Under the pieces are notes generated by a model. That model was given only the letters and a program-made list of their open reading frames with translations, made no database searches and was not told the origin of the DNA. Shown here piece by piece: positions 45,219-55,225 of a stretch of 64,000 nucleotides of DNA. Each line of letters begins with the position of its first letter. The first letter of the stretch is position 1. The stretch comes from Rebecca billardiae RCC1528 (lineage: Eukaryota; Protista; Haptophyta), in contig OZ251229.1 in the NCBI GenBank assembly GCA_965240325.2, positions 868,001 to 932,000 of the forward strand, in the 5' to 3' direction. Position numbers and translations under genes: made by a program.

Positions 45219-45977
45219 ATGCACCAAGTGGTGGCCCTCCCGCTACACCGAGATGTCGTCGCCTTTGGCGCAGCGTCGGCCGCGATGGTCATCTTCGTCG
45301 AGACCGTGAAAGCCCTGGCGGCCCACGGCGTCTGCTCGAGCGTCGTGGCGCGGAAGTGCATGCACGTTGGCGCAGGGCCCATCTTCATCCTGACGTGGCC
45401 ATGGTTCTCTGCAGAAGGCAGCGTGGTGGCCTCCCTGGTGCCGCTGGCAATGACCCTCAAGTTTGCTGCGACGGGCTTGGGACTCGTGCGCAATGAGGCA
45501 GAGGTGCGCTCGATGTCCCGAACAGGCAACCCGCGCGAGCTGTTGCGCGGCCCGCTGCTGTACGGCTGCGTGTTTGTTGCCGTGACGCTCGTCTCGTGGC
45601 GCTCGATCGACGGCGTGGCAGCAGTGATGGCGCTGTGCCTCGGTGATGGCTTCGCCGAGGTCGCCGGGCGGCGCTTCGGGCACATGCCTCCAGGCCGGCT
45701 GCCCTGGAGCAAGCGCAAGAGCTGGGCTGGCTCCAGCGCATTCGTGCTGAGCTCAGTTGCAGGGTCGATGCTGTTCGCCGCGCTCTTCCATCACTGGGGC
45801 TGGTCGGAGCGCTCGGCGATGCGGATGCTGCGCCCGCTTGCCATCGCCTGCCTGGCGGGCTGCGCGGCAGAGTCGCTCCCGATGTCTGACATTGACAATA
45901 TTTTGGTGCCACTCACGGTGATGGGGGTGCTGCGCGCTCTCGCCAGCGACTCAGTCTCAGAGCAAGCCACGTTTTGA
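45219..45977 (+). CDS. Phytol/farnesol kinase (VTE5/FOLK-like polyprenol kinase)
   Basis: Motifs RKCMHVGAG, SMSRTGNPRELLRGPLLYG, GDGFAEVAGRRFG, LPWSKRKSWAGS and ESLPMSDIDNILVP. Confidence 0.92.
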   Translation: MHQVVALPLHRDVVAFGAASAAMVIFVETVKALAAHGVCSSVVARKCMHVGAGPIFILTWPWFSAEGSVVASLVPLAMTLKFAATGLGLVRNEAEVRSMSRTGNPRELLRGPLLYGCVFVAVTLVSWRSIDGVAAVMALCLGDGFAEVAGRRFGHMPPGRLPWSKRKSWAGSSAFVLSSVAGSMLFAALFHHWGWSERSAMRMLRPLAIACLAGCAAESLPMSDIDNILVPLTVMGVLRALASDSVSEQATF

Positions 45978-46132
45978 CTCGGCGCCCGCGGGCGCCGGGG
46001 CCCCGCCGACGGTGGTCAGCAACAGCTCGCCTCAGCGAGGGTCAATGCCGGCACTCTGTGTACTAGTGCTATGATGGCAGCCGGTCATCTGTCATTCAAT
46101 AAGCTGACGTCATTAAGGCGGTCCGATAAGTA

Positions 46133-46133
<1 letters not shown>

Positions 46134-46214
<81 letters not shown>
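46134..46214. repeat. Compound (CA)n(TA)n microsatellite
   Basis: Visible dinucleotide runs. Confidence 0.95.
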
Positions 46215-46217
<3 letters not shown>

Positions 46218-46375
46218 TCACTGTCTGTCTTATTATTATCAGTCCTGCCACTCTCAAGAGTCAAGTGACTCAGCGGCCACGGACTGGGCCACGCACTACG
46301 CAGCCGCAGGGCCAGACTAAGTGATGCTGCTGCTGATTATATTTGAATACATAGTTTTATTTTAATATATATATA

Positions 46376-48294
46376 TATGACCGCGTTCCGCGGTCCTTCC
46401 GTAGAACCAACGTAGTTAGGGGCCCGCGGTGCACCCTCCGTCGGCTGCTGTCTCAGTCTGGTCAACATGGCGGGCCGATGAGGACTGTCGCCGCGGGCCC
46501 GCGCGAAGAAGTACGGACGGCGGCCGGGGCAGCGGCGCGCGCGCGCAGGGCGAGCCTGCCTTGAGGTGCTCGCGCTGCGCCACGCGCTCGACGACGGGCC
46601 GCTGGTCGCTCAGCCGGCGCGCCTCGTGCCGGCAGAGCGAGAGCGCGCACCACTCTGCTGGCCCCACCCCCAGCGGCCCCAGCCTGCGCTCACGGCGCTG
46701 CGCAGCCGCGCACCGAGAGGCGAGACCGAGCGGAGCTCGGGGTGGAACGAGGCGAGCGGCGGGTCGCGCCTGCCGCCGCGCGTGCGCGCCTGCTCCACCG
46801 CGCCACCGTGCTCGCCCGCCGCCTCCTCCGCCGCGTCGGCCTCGAAGCCACGGCGGCGGCCAGCCAGCCTCCGACCGAGGCGGAGCCCGTGCGTGCTCAC
46901 TCACCCGGCGCGGTGGCGCCCTCGAGTCGACGGCCGTCTACTCCACAGCTGGCTGCTCGAGCTGCTGCACGGGGCGTCGCGACGAGGGCGCCGCGCGCGC
47001 CCAGCGCGTCCGTCGCCGCGTCGCGCAGCGCGTCGAGCTCGGCGCCGCGCTTCGCCAGCTCGGCGCCCAGCGCCTCCGTGCGCACTCGTGCTCATTCGAT
47101 TGTCGTCATCGCGCTCGTCGGCTCCGTGGCGAGCCCGCGGGGCGGACGAGCGGACTACTGCGCGCCGCAGCAGGAGCAGCGCGCGGCGCGCAGCGCTCCG
47201 CGCGCAGCAGGGCCGTCTCCTCATCCACCGAGTGCACGGCCTGCGCGGCGGCGACGGCGGCGCGCGCCGCCGCGGGGGGACGCACGCGCTGCGGGCCGAG
47301 ATGAGTCCGGCCGCCGAGCCGCGGTGGCGGCGTCGGCGTGCGCGCCGGGCGAGGTGGGCGAGCTCACGCGGCCCGGGCTCAGCACGCCCGTGCACAGCGC
47401 CGGCCGCGGTGGCGAGCGCGCACCGCTCGGCCGCGGTGGCAACCGGCTGAGCGGTTGATGTTTGATTGTTTGAAGCCGCGAGGTCAGCGACGTCTCCGAT
47501 GACTCGGCCATGATTGTGGTCCTCCTTCGCCCACGGGTGCTTTGTCGACCATCCGCTGGAGGCGCGCCAACGTCGGTACGGACAGCGCCTGCTTGAGCGT
47601 CGTGATGTGCATCAGCTCGAGCCGGCCGAAGATGGGCCCGCCGACGGCGATGATCATGATGTGCGCGCTTGCCGCTTGGGCACCCGTCCTCGTCGCGAGA
47701 CGCTGGCGGGCGGGTAACCCGTTTTTCTTATTTCATTATGGCAAAGGAGGTTCATCCATCGAGGCAGGCGGGTAACTTGGTTTAACCAGCGCTATTCAAA
47801 ACAATCCCTTCATTATGACACTCAGGAGGTTCATCCATCGAGGCAGACGGGTGACTTGGTTGGACAAGCGCTATTGAAAAGAATCTCTTTTAATATGACG
47901 AGGCGGTTCGTCCATCGAGGCAGGCGGGTAACGTATTTGAACAAGCACTATTCAAAAGAATCTAGCCTCATAGCTGTTTTCGACCCAAAACAATCAAACG
48001 TCGCTCGGCAAGCTCGTACTTCAGCATACAAGAGGGGTAGGAATACTCACTTGTTTCACCCCCGGGGTATCTGATCCCACGTCCGTCCATAGTAGATACA
48101 AGAATTGCAGCGGGCGCGGCCTTTTAAGCTGTGATGGACAGCATACCCCCCCTCAAAAAGTCGAAAACTCACCCTCCAACAGCCCTCAAAATCGTCCCCC
48201 GTCCCCTTTTCTTTGATCAAAAGATCTTTTTGACAACGTAGTGAGGGCCCCCGGTGGGGCTCCACGCTACGCGCTCCGCCCTGCACCGCGGGCC
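46376..48294 (-). mobile_element. Helentron/Helitron2-like family B, copy 2
   Basis: 5' IR at 48282-48294 with a perfect 13-bp partner at 46421-46433; 3' hairpin at 46379-46395 abutting a TA run; internal ~79-bp tandem repeats at 47740-47965. Confidence 0.72.
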
Positions 48295-48630
48295 ATAATT
48301 ATGACGATCGATGACGCGATGCATATATGCATCCAATCATTCCGAGATCAAAGCGCAAGTGCCGTACTGAGAGTGCCAGACTGATTATAATGGCGCTATA
48401 AGCTATAATGCTTCGTCATGAAGCGGCAGCATTACGGCCCGTGTGCAGCAGCAGATCGTGAACTCGCCACTCGGACCGGCGACAGCCGACACAGACACTC
48501 ACACTGTCACTCGTCACTCGGCGACTCACTCGCGACTCACACGTTCGTGACTCGTCCGAGCCGCCGACACTTTCGTCTTTCTGGGCGACAGATAATTATT
48601 ATGGGCGCGGGAGTACGGTTGGCAGACGAA

Positions 48631-49776
48631 TCAGAGTTCTGTGACCGCATCAGCTGGCAGCTCTCCGTGTGCGGCCTGCGCCACCGCGTCTGTCGAGGCG
48701 GGCGCCGAATCCCCATAGTCATCATCCGACGCGGCCGGGCCGGGGCTCGCCGCCATGGCAAAGAGCGCGGAGCGAATGTCGTCGAGCACGCGCTTTCTCT
48801 CCACGGACTTCGAGCCGCGCGGCAAGCGGCGTGTGAAGTGCTTGCTGAAGCTAGCGGCGCGCTCGGCGTACCCGTCCCGCATCGCGCGTGGCAGCCGCGT
48901 CCAGCGCGTGCGCAGCTCGGCGGCGATCCCCTTGAAGCCGGCATCGGCGTGGACAGCAGCCTCGGCGACGGCACGCTGCTCAAAGGCGAAGAGCATGAAT
49001 GGCGACGGGCCCTCGGCGAGGATGGCCTCAGCGCGCCGCGTGACTTCCTCCGCACTCGGCACATGCCTGCTCCCGCGGCCGAGCGCGCGCGGCGCGTGGA
49101 TCTTCTCCACCTTGTACAGGATCGCATCGAGCACACGCGCGACCTCCGTCTCGTCCTCGGCCACGCGCGGCCGCTTCGTCACCTGCTCCAGAAAGTCGGA
49201 CGCAAGGTCGGCGTCCAACTCGAGCTTGGACGCGTTGCGCGCAGTGATGATGTGTGCCGCCTCCGACTCAGGGTCGAGGTACGCGTGCACCTTGCGCAGC
49301 GAATCGAAGCGCTTCTCAGTGTTCGGGCAGATCCAGTAGTTGTCCGCCACGCGGGCCGAGCCCTTGTTCAGCCGCTGCACCTGCTCGAGGATCCATCCCT
49401 CGGGCAAGTCCTCCAGCAGCCGATGCTTCTCGAAGACCTTCACCTGCTTGCCCTGGCGCGTGAACTGGCGCGCGGGCTTGTCGTTGGACGGGGGCAGCTT
49501 GCGCGACTTGCCATGGCCATGGCGCCCCGGCGCGCTCGATGGCGCAGCTATCGCCGCGGGCGCGGCTGCGGGCGCGGCCGCAGGTGCCGCCGCGGGCGCC
49601 GCTACAGGTGCTGTTGAGAGCGCCACCTGCGCCGTCGCCGGTGCCGCCGCTGATGCCATGGCCGGCGCCGTTGCAGTTTCAGAGGTAGCCGGTGCGTACG
49701 CATCCATGGCGACGGCCGGCGCCTGCGCAGCGCTCATCCGTGCGGCTTCCCCGCCTGCTGGAAATGCGTCCGCCAT
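48631..49776 (-). CDS. MBD-like + HMG-box chromatin protein
   Basis: LPEGWILEQVQR...DNYWICPNTEKRFDSLRKVHAYL (MBD pattern) and PSPFMLFAFEQR...FKGIAAELRTRWTRLPRAMRDGYAERA (HMG pattern). Confidence 0.75.
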   Translation of the reverse strand: MADAFPAGGEAARMSAAQAPAVAMDAYAPATSETATAPAMASAAAPATAQVALSTAPVAAPAAAPAAAPAAAPAAIAAPSSAPGRHGHGKSRKLPPSNDKPARQFTRQGKQVKVFEKHRLLEDLPEGWILEQVQRLNKGSARVADNYWICPNTEKRFDSLRKVHAYLDPESEAAHIITARNASKLELDADLASDFLEQVTKRPRVAEDETEVARVLDAILYKVEKIHAPRALGRGSRHVPSAEEVTRRAEAILAEGPSPFMLFAFEQRAVAEAAVHADAGFKGIAAELRTRWTRLPRAMRDGYAERAASFSKHFTRRLPRGSKSVERKRVLDDIRSALFAMAASPGPAASDDDYGDSAPASTDAVAQAAHGELPADAVTEL

Positions 49777-50028
49777 GATGGCTGCACCCCCTGGGCCAGC
49801 CGGCCAGGGCTTGTCCGGTGGCGGTGGGGCCCCGGACCGTGCTGAGTGCTGACGGCCAAGCTCGTCAGCGTGGCGAGCGGCTTCACAGGGCGTGAAACGG
49901 CAAGTGGCGCTCGGCGCGCCGCGCGCTTCTCGCAACGCGGGCGCGGCTCACACACTTGCGCCACACGTGGCGGCGTCGTGCGCGCAGTTCTCAGCCCTCG
50001 ATCCGCGCGAGCCTGCGCTCCGGGCGCC

Positions 50029-50795
50029 ATGAGCTCTGCCAAGCTGTACAACGTGCAGGTGTGCGCGCGACCCAGTGTGTGCGATGCATATCCGCGCTGC
50101 TCTCACACACCAGTAGAAGCTGCAAACCGCCGCTGACCCGGTGGTTCCACACTCGGCCCACCGCACCAGGGCTCTGCGTTCTGGAAGGAACGCATTGCGA
50201 AGGAGAACCACCGGCTGGACGCCATTGCTGAGCAGACAGAGCTCTCGACGAAGAAGTACACTCTGAAGGGGCCGATCCTGCGGGACACGGAGGACCGGTG
50301 GGACGACAAGCGCAGCGACGCGCGCAGCGAGGCGCGCAGTGTGGCACGCTCCGAAGCACGCTCCGATGCGCGCTCGGACAGGAGCTCGGAGCGCTCAGAT
50401 GCCCGCTCGCGCGCTGGCTCAGATCGGTCCCGTGCAAAGTCAGGCCACACACACAGCATTGCGTACCGCTCCAGCCGCTATGGGAGCGAGGACACGCGGA
50501 CCGGTGCGCGCTCATGCGCTCGCGTGACACCGCGCGTCCCCACGCGCCGATGCGCATGTCTCACCTGCACCCCGCCCTGCTGCCCCTCCTGCGCGCGCGC
50601 GCAGTGAGGACACTGCCAGACTCGATCAGGTCGAGCGACAGGCTGACAGTCGCCGAGAGCAAAATTGAGGAGCTCGAGTACCGGCTGCAGCAGGAGCGTA
50701 TCGCGCGACTCAAGAGTGAGAACGAGCTGGAAACCCTCAAGAGAGCAGAGCTCGAGAAGGCGATTGCCGATGCAAAGCTGGTCGCTGGAAGGTGA
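50029..50795 (+). CDS. Small hypothetical protein, RS/D-rich with C-terminal coiled coil; exons 50029-50058, 50170-50503, 50605-50795
   Basis: Two phase-compatible GT..AG introns give MSSAKLYNVQ|GSAFWKERIAKEN...|VRTLPD...KIEELEYRLQQERIARLKSENEL. Confidence 0.7.
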
Positions 50796-51579
50796 CGGGC
50801 ATCGGTGACTCAGTGGCTCACTCGGACTTTCTGGCCGCTCCTGGCTTAATCTACCGTAATACCCGTAGTAATACCGTTGCCGTTGGCGTTGGGCTTGGGC
50901 CTTGGCTACGGTCCGTAGTCGGACCCGGCCCTACGACTCCTAGTCAGGATTACGTCACACTCGAATCTCGATCCGACGGACACGGACACTCTCACTAGTC
51001 ACTACCCGTGACCGTACCCGGAGTACCGCTGTCCGCTCTCCGGCCGCGGACGCCATTGGCATTGCAGTGCCGATTGCACTCATTAGTCATTTGCCGAGCA
51101 CGGGGCCCTCCGCTTCGCTGACTAGTACGAGTTACGGTCCACTGAGTCATCTCATCCCTGCTAGGCGCCCGACAGACCGCGCCCGTAGCTCGTCTCACTC
51201 TTAGTCTTACTCAATTCAGAAGGTCACTGCCAGGCACGTAATCGTCAGCGTCGCAGTCTTAGTCTAGCAGTCGGTGAGCCGAGCGAGCCCGCGAGGGCGC
51301 GTCTGGGCGGGCTTGCCGGAGGCCCGCCGGCGCCGTAAGCCCGAGGGCCGCGGCGCCCGAGGGCCGTGCCGAGTTTCGGACTTTCACGACTAGTTCGGGC
51401 GAGTCGTAGACGGTAGAGTCCAGCGGGCGGGTAAGACTGTCAGCCGCCTGCAGACAGCGGAGCGGCGACTCGGGCTGTGACACACCGCGGTCTCGGCGAC
51501 TCCAGCGCCGCCCTCGGCCTCGCGGGCGAGTCCGTGTCAGCAGGCCGTAGTCTCAGCGCAATGTCCGATGCCGTCAATG

Positions 51580-52536
51580 TCATCCATCGAATCTGATTCT
51601 GGACACTCCGCCCGCGTGCGATGAGACTGAGAGAGCATCGAGTCGCGCTTCACTGCTCCAGGGGAAGGGCACTGGGAGCACAGCAGCACCGCGCTCGGAA
51701 GAAAGCTCAGCCATTGCCACTGCAGCCGAATGTGCGACATCCACATCTCTGGGCGCATGCTCCCATGCGCCTGTCTGCGCGGCTGCGAGCAGCTCCCGCG
51801 CTGTCGCGGCACGGCCGCCTGTCCCGAGCGCATGTGACGCGTGTTCTGCCACCGCGAGTGCGCGCTCCGGTGTCGTCTCCACCGCGCAGGCACCGATCAC
51901 AGAGATCCACGCGTCACGTGTGAGCACGAGCCCGTCATGCCGTGCCTCAGTGAGGAGCCGCGTGACGAGCTCTGGGCGGCGCGCGGCTGCCGCTTCGCAC
52001 AGCTGCGCGCTCACAATGAACCCCGCCGCACGCGCGCAGCATCGCGCGAGCTCGTCGGCGCACCGATTGTGCGTGCGAGGGACGTGCCGGTACTCGACAC
52101 CTTCGATCGAGCGCGCCAGAGCCTGCGCGGACTCGCACTTTGCCTTTCGGCGCCGCGGCGTGGAACGGCCTCGCATGCCATCCACAACGATTCGGGCATC
52201 ACTGTGCACCAGGACGGGCTCGTGGCCGTTCTCAGCCGCAAGTCGAAGGCCGAGGGAGAGCGCAGCGTATTCGGCATCGCAGCTATCCACCTGCCCACCG
52301 AGCACACGCGCCCGCGCGCAGACCACGAACCCGGCATGGTCGTACATCACGGCCGACGCTGCGCTCGCCTGCTTTGCGCCCGCTGTCCCGTCGACAAAGA
52401 GGCGCCATGGCGAGCCCGCGGCCATTGGCCAGAGCGGGTACGGTCGCACCAAGCTGAGTCCAGCCGCCCACAGTACGCGCTGGGGCGCGCTGGGGCGTGA
52501 ACAGAGAAGCACTATACACGCGAGTGGTAGAACCAT
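51580..52536 (-). CDS. RNase HI-like (RVT_3-type) protein with N-terminal targeting peptide and C-terminal PPR-like helices
   Basis: LFVDG, AEYAALSLGL, VHSDARIVV and HVPRTHNRCADELAR retain the D-E-D-D residues. DGLVLTRDAWISVIGAC resembles a PPR. The start site is uncertain. Confidence 0.78.
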   Translation of the reverse strand: MVLPLACIVLLCSRPSAPQRVLWAAGLSLVRPYPLWPMAAGSPWRLFVDGTAGAKQASAASAVMYDHAGFVVCARARVLGGQVDSCDAEYAALSLGLRLAAENGHEPVLVHSDARIVVDGMRGRSTPRRRKAKCESAQALARSIEGVEYRHVPRTHNRCADELARCCARAAGFIVSAQLCEAAAARRPELVTRLLTEARHDGLVLTRDAWISVIGACAVETTPERALAVAEHASHALGTGGRAATARELLAAAQTGAWEHAPRDVDVAHSAAVAMAELSSERGAAVLPVPFPWSSEARLDALSVSSHAGGVSRIRFDG

Positions 52537-52695
52537 GCACATCAAGAGAGAAGCCACAGCTGGACAGCCGCCATCGTTGCCACCGGTGTGGACCAAGAGC
52601 TCGGTCCAAACGGCTCCGTCCGCCGCCGTTTTGGCGAAAAAGCAGCAGTACCCCCATATGTGTAGTAGTATTGGGCATATCGTCGCGCGCGATCC

Positions 52696-54840
52696 ATGGC
52701 GAACCGGCCGGGACCCATCTTCGTCTCGCGCACCAACGGGCTCCATCAGCCGGAGTCACACGCGCCGGCAGATGCGGCACGCGTGGCGGCGCTCGTTGAC
52801 GAGCTCCGCCGTGGCCTTGCGCACCGAGGTGCGACGGGCATCCGCGACCTTGGGCGCACGTTCAAGATTGTCGACCGGGACGGCTCTGGCTCGCTCGACA
52901 CGGAGGAGTTCACACGCGCCGTGCGGATGTGCAAGCTGCAGATCGAGCCGGAGGAAGTGAAGCTCATTTTTGATCACTTTGACACGCGACGCGACGGGCG
53001 GGTGGACTTTGAGGAGTTCCTCCGCGCGGTGCGCGGCACGATGGCTCCGGTGCGCCGCTCGCTGGTCGTGCAGGTGTTCCACGCACTCGACTCGATGGGC
53101 GATGGGAACGGCGTGCTCGACGTGAACGACTTCACGAATATCTTCGACGCCCGGAGCGCCCCCGAAGTGCAGGCGGGGAGGCGCTCGGAGGCCGACGTCC
53201 TCCGCGAGTTTGTCGAGGGCTTCGAGGGCACGCGAGGCAACCGGGACGGGACCGTGACCATGGTGTGCGCGCCGTGCACGCCGTGCCAACCGCGCCGCGC
53301 GTCTGCCTGCCTTCGCGCGCGCTCACGCGGGCCGCATACCGCGCGGCTTGGCGCGCGACCCGCCAGGACGAGTGGCTCGCGTACTACGACGAGGTCTCCG
53401 CGTCGATCGACAACGACGACCACTTTGGCGCGCTGGTCGAGCGCACGTGGTCGAGCCTCAAGACGCTCGACGAGAGCGGGCGCGAGGTGAGCGTGATCAA
53501 GTACACGCCGCAGCGCAACGTGGACATCCTCGAAGGCATCTTGCGGAAGAAGGTCTGGGAGAAGACGTGCGCGCTGCTCGCGCGCGTCGCCCAGCGCGCG
53601 TGCGCCCAGCGCGCGCGCACGCACGCACGCTCTCACGCTCTCACACCCGCCTGCGCTGACCCTCGGCACCGCGGCACGGCGCCGCCCGGCCCGCTCTCCT
53701 GCGCGCAGCACCCGCTCCAAGAACGAGACGCGCGTGCTGGAGAGCCTCTTCCGCCACTTCGACGCAGACGGCTCGAAGGTGTGCTCCGCGCCCCGCCAGG
53801 CTGCTCGCGCTCCGCGTGCGGCCAGCCAGCTCGTGGCCTTAGCGCCTGTGTCTGCTCGCTGCGCGTGCTGCCGTCGGCGCGCGCGGTCGCGCACCGGGCC
53901 GCGTCCGGTGGCACGTGCTCACACACCCGCTCGCGCGCGCCCTGCGCGGCACCCGCAGACGATCTCGAGCCTCGAGTTCCAGCAGGCCATGGAGCGCTTC
54001 GGGCTGTACGCGCCGCCGGACGAGATCCAGGCGCTCTTTGACCGGTACGACGTCGACGGCTCCGGCTGCATCCGCTTCCAGGAGTTCAGCGCCGTTCTGA
54101 CCAAGGCCCCGGCGAGCGCCAGCCTGGATGGGCAGGGCGCCGGCGCCTCCTCGCACTTTGGCCCGTCGGCGGCGCCGCACGCCGCGCCGCCGGCGGGCGG
54201 CGTCGCGGGGACCGGCGTCCGCCCCATGTCGCCGACGCGAGCAGGGCATTTTGCCGCGCCGGCCGTCGACGCCAGGCGGCATCTCCACTCGTCTGTGCAG
54301 CTGGGCCATGACGGGGGCAGCGCGCCGCCACCCGCCGCGCAGCCGCGCCCCGGCACCGCCGACTCTCGCTGGCAAGGCATCCGCACCACCCTGCAGCAGT
54401 CGCCCCCGCGGCAGATGGGCCAGCTCTCGCCGCGCGGCGCATTCGGCCGCGTGCCGCCCACAGCCGCCAGCCGAGCGGCGGACGTGCCCGGCCAGTCGGC
54501 ATACACGCCACGCAGCCCGCGCTCGGCTGCTGGTGGCGGCGTGCCACAACCGCGCTTCGGCTTTGGGCCAGCGGCGCCCACCGCAGCATTCACGCTGGGG
54601 CCCGCGCCTGGCACGGCAGCGGGGCACACCCCTGCCGCCCAGCCCGTGCTGGGCAGCGCCGCGTCTCCCCGGGCTTCCATCGCGCCGCAACAGCCGCAGC
54701 AGGGCACGTGGCAGTCCACGCTCACGCAGCCGGGCGTCGCGGAGAAGCACACGCGCGTGCGCTCGCTCGCCAACCCCGAGAGACGAACACTGCGCGAAGA
54801 CCCCGAGTACTTCAAAAAGTCCTCCAAGATCTTCGGCTGA
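52696..54840 (+). CDS. Calcyphosin-like multi-EF-hand protein; exons 52696-53262, 53367-53566, 53709-53778, 53959-54840
   Basis: RGATGIRDLGRTFKIVDRDGSGSLDTEEF, RDGTVTM|DEWLAYYDEVSASIDNDDHF, and further EF-hands DADGSK and DVDGSGCIRFQEF. Confidence 0.88.
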
Positions 54841-55225
54841 TGACTGCCGTCATCGGAATCACGGCGCTGCTCTTCGCCTCTTGCGCTGATGGCAGCGGCG
54901 AGTGCGATGATATGTGCCGCTCATCGAATTCGATCTCGCCACCATGACCCCGATCGTCGACGTCGTCGACTCGTCGACCCTGCTCGTCTGCCAGTGCGGG
55001 CTATCGCGGCGCCCGTCGCATGACGATCAGTCTAGGCCTGCGCCTAGTATAACGCATTGCTGCCTTAGAGTTAGGAGCAGTGAGCGTCTGATAGCGACAT
55101 CTCTGCTGCCAGCGTCCGGTCCGCGCTGCGGTGCGCAATGATGACGAGCAGTCGTCATGCTGGCGATGGTCGTGGCGATCTCGTCTTCGACTTCTATCAA
55201 TGCTCATCACTGCTAAGGCCCAGGC

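Noticed and set aside
47740-47965. ~79-bp periodicity as a mini-CRISPR
   Set aside because: The intervening segments are homologous to each other, so this is a plain tandem repeat inside a mobile element.
51580-52536. RNase H as part of an LTR retrotransposon
   Set aside because: There is no adjacent RT, integrase or LTRs, and the gene has a targeting peptide and an ordinary divergent gene neighbour.
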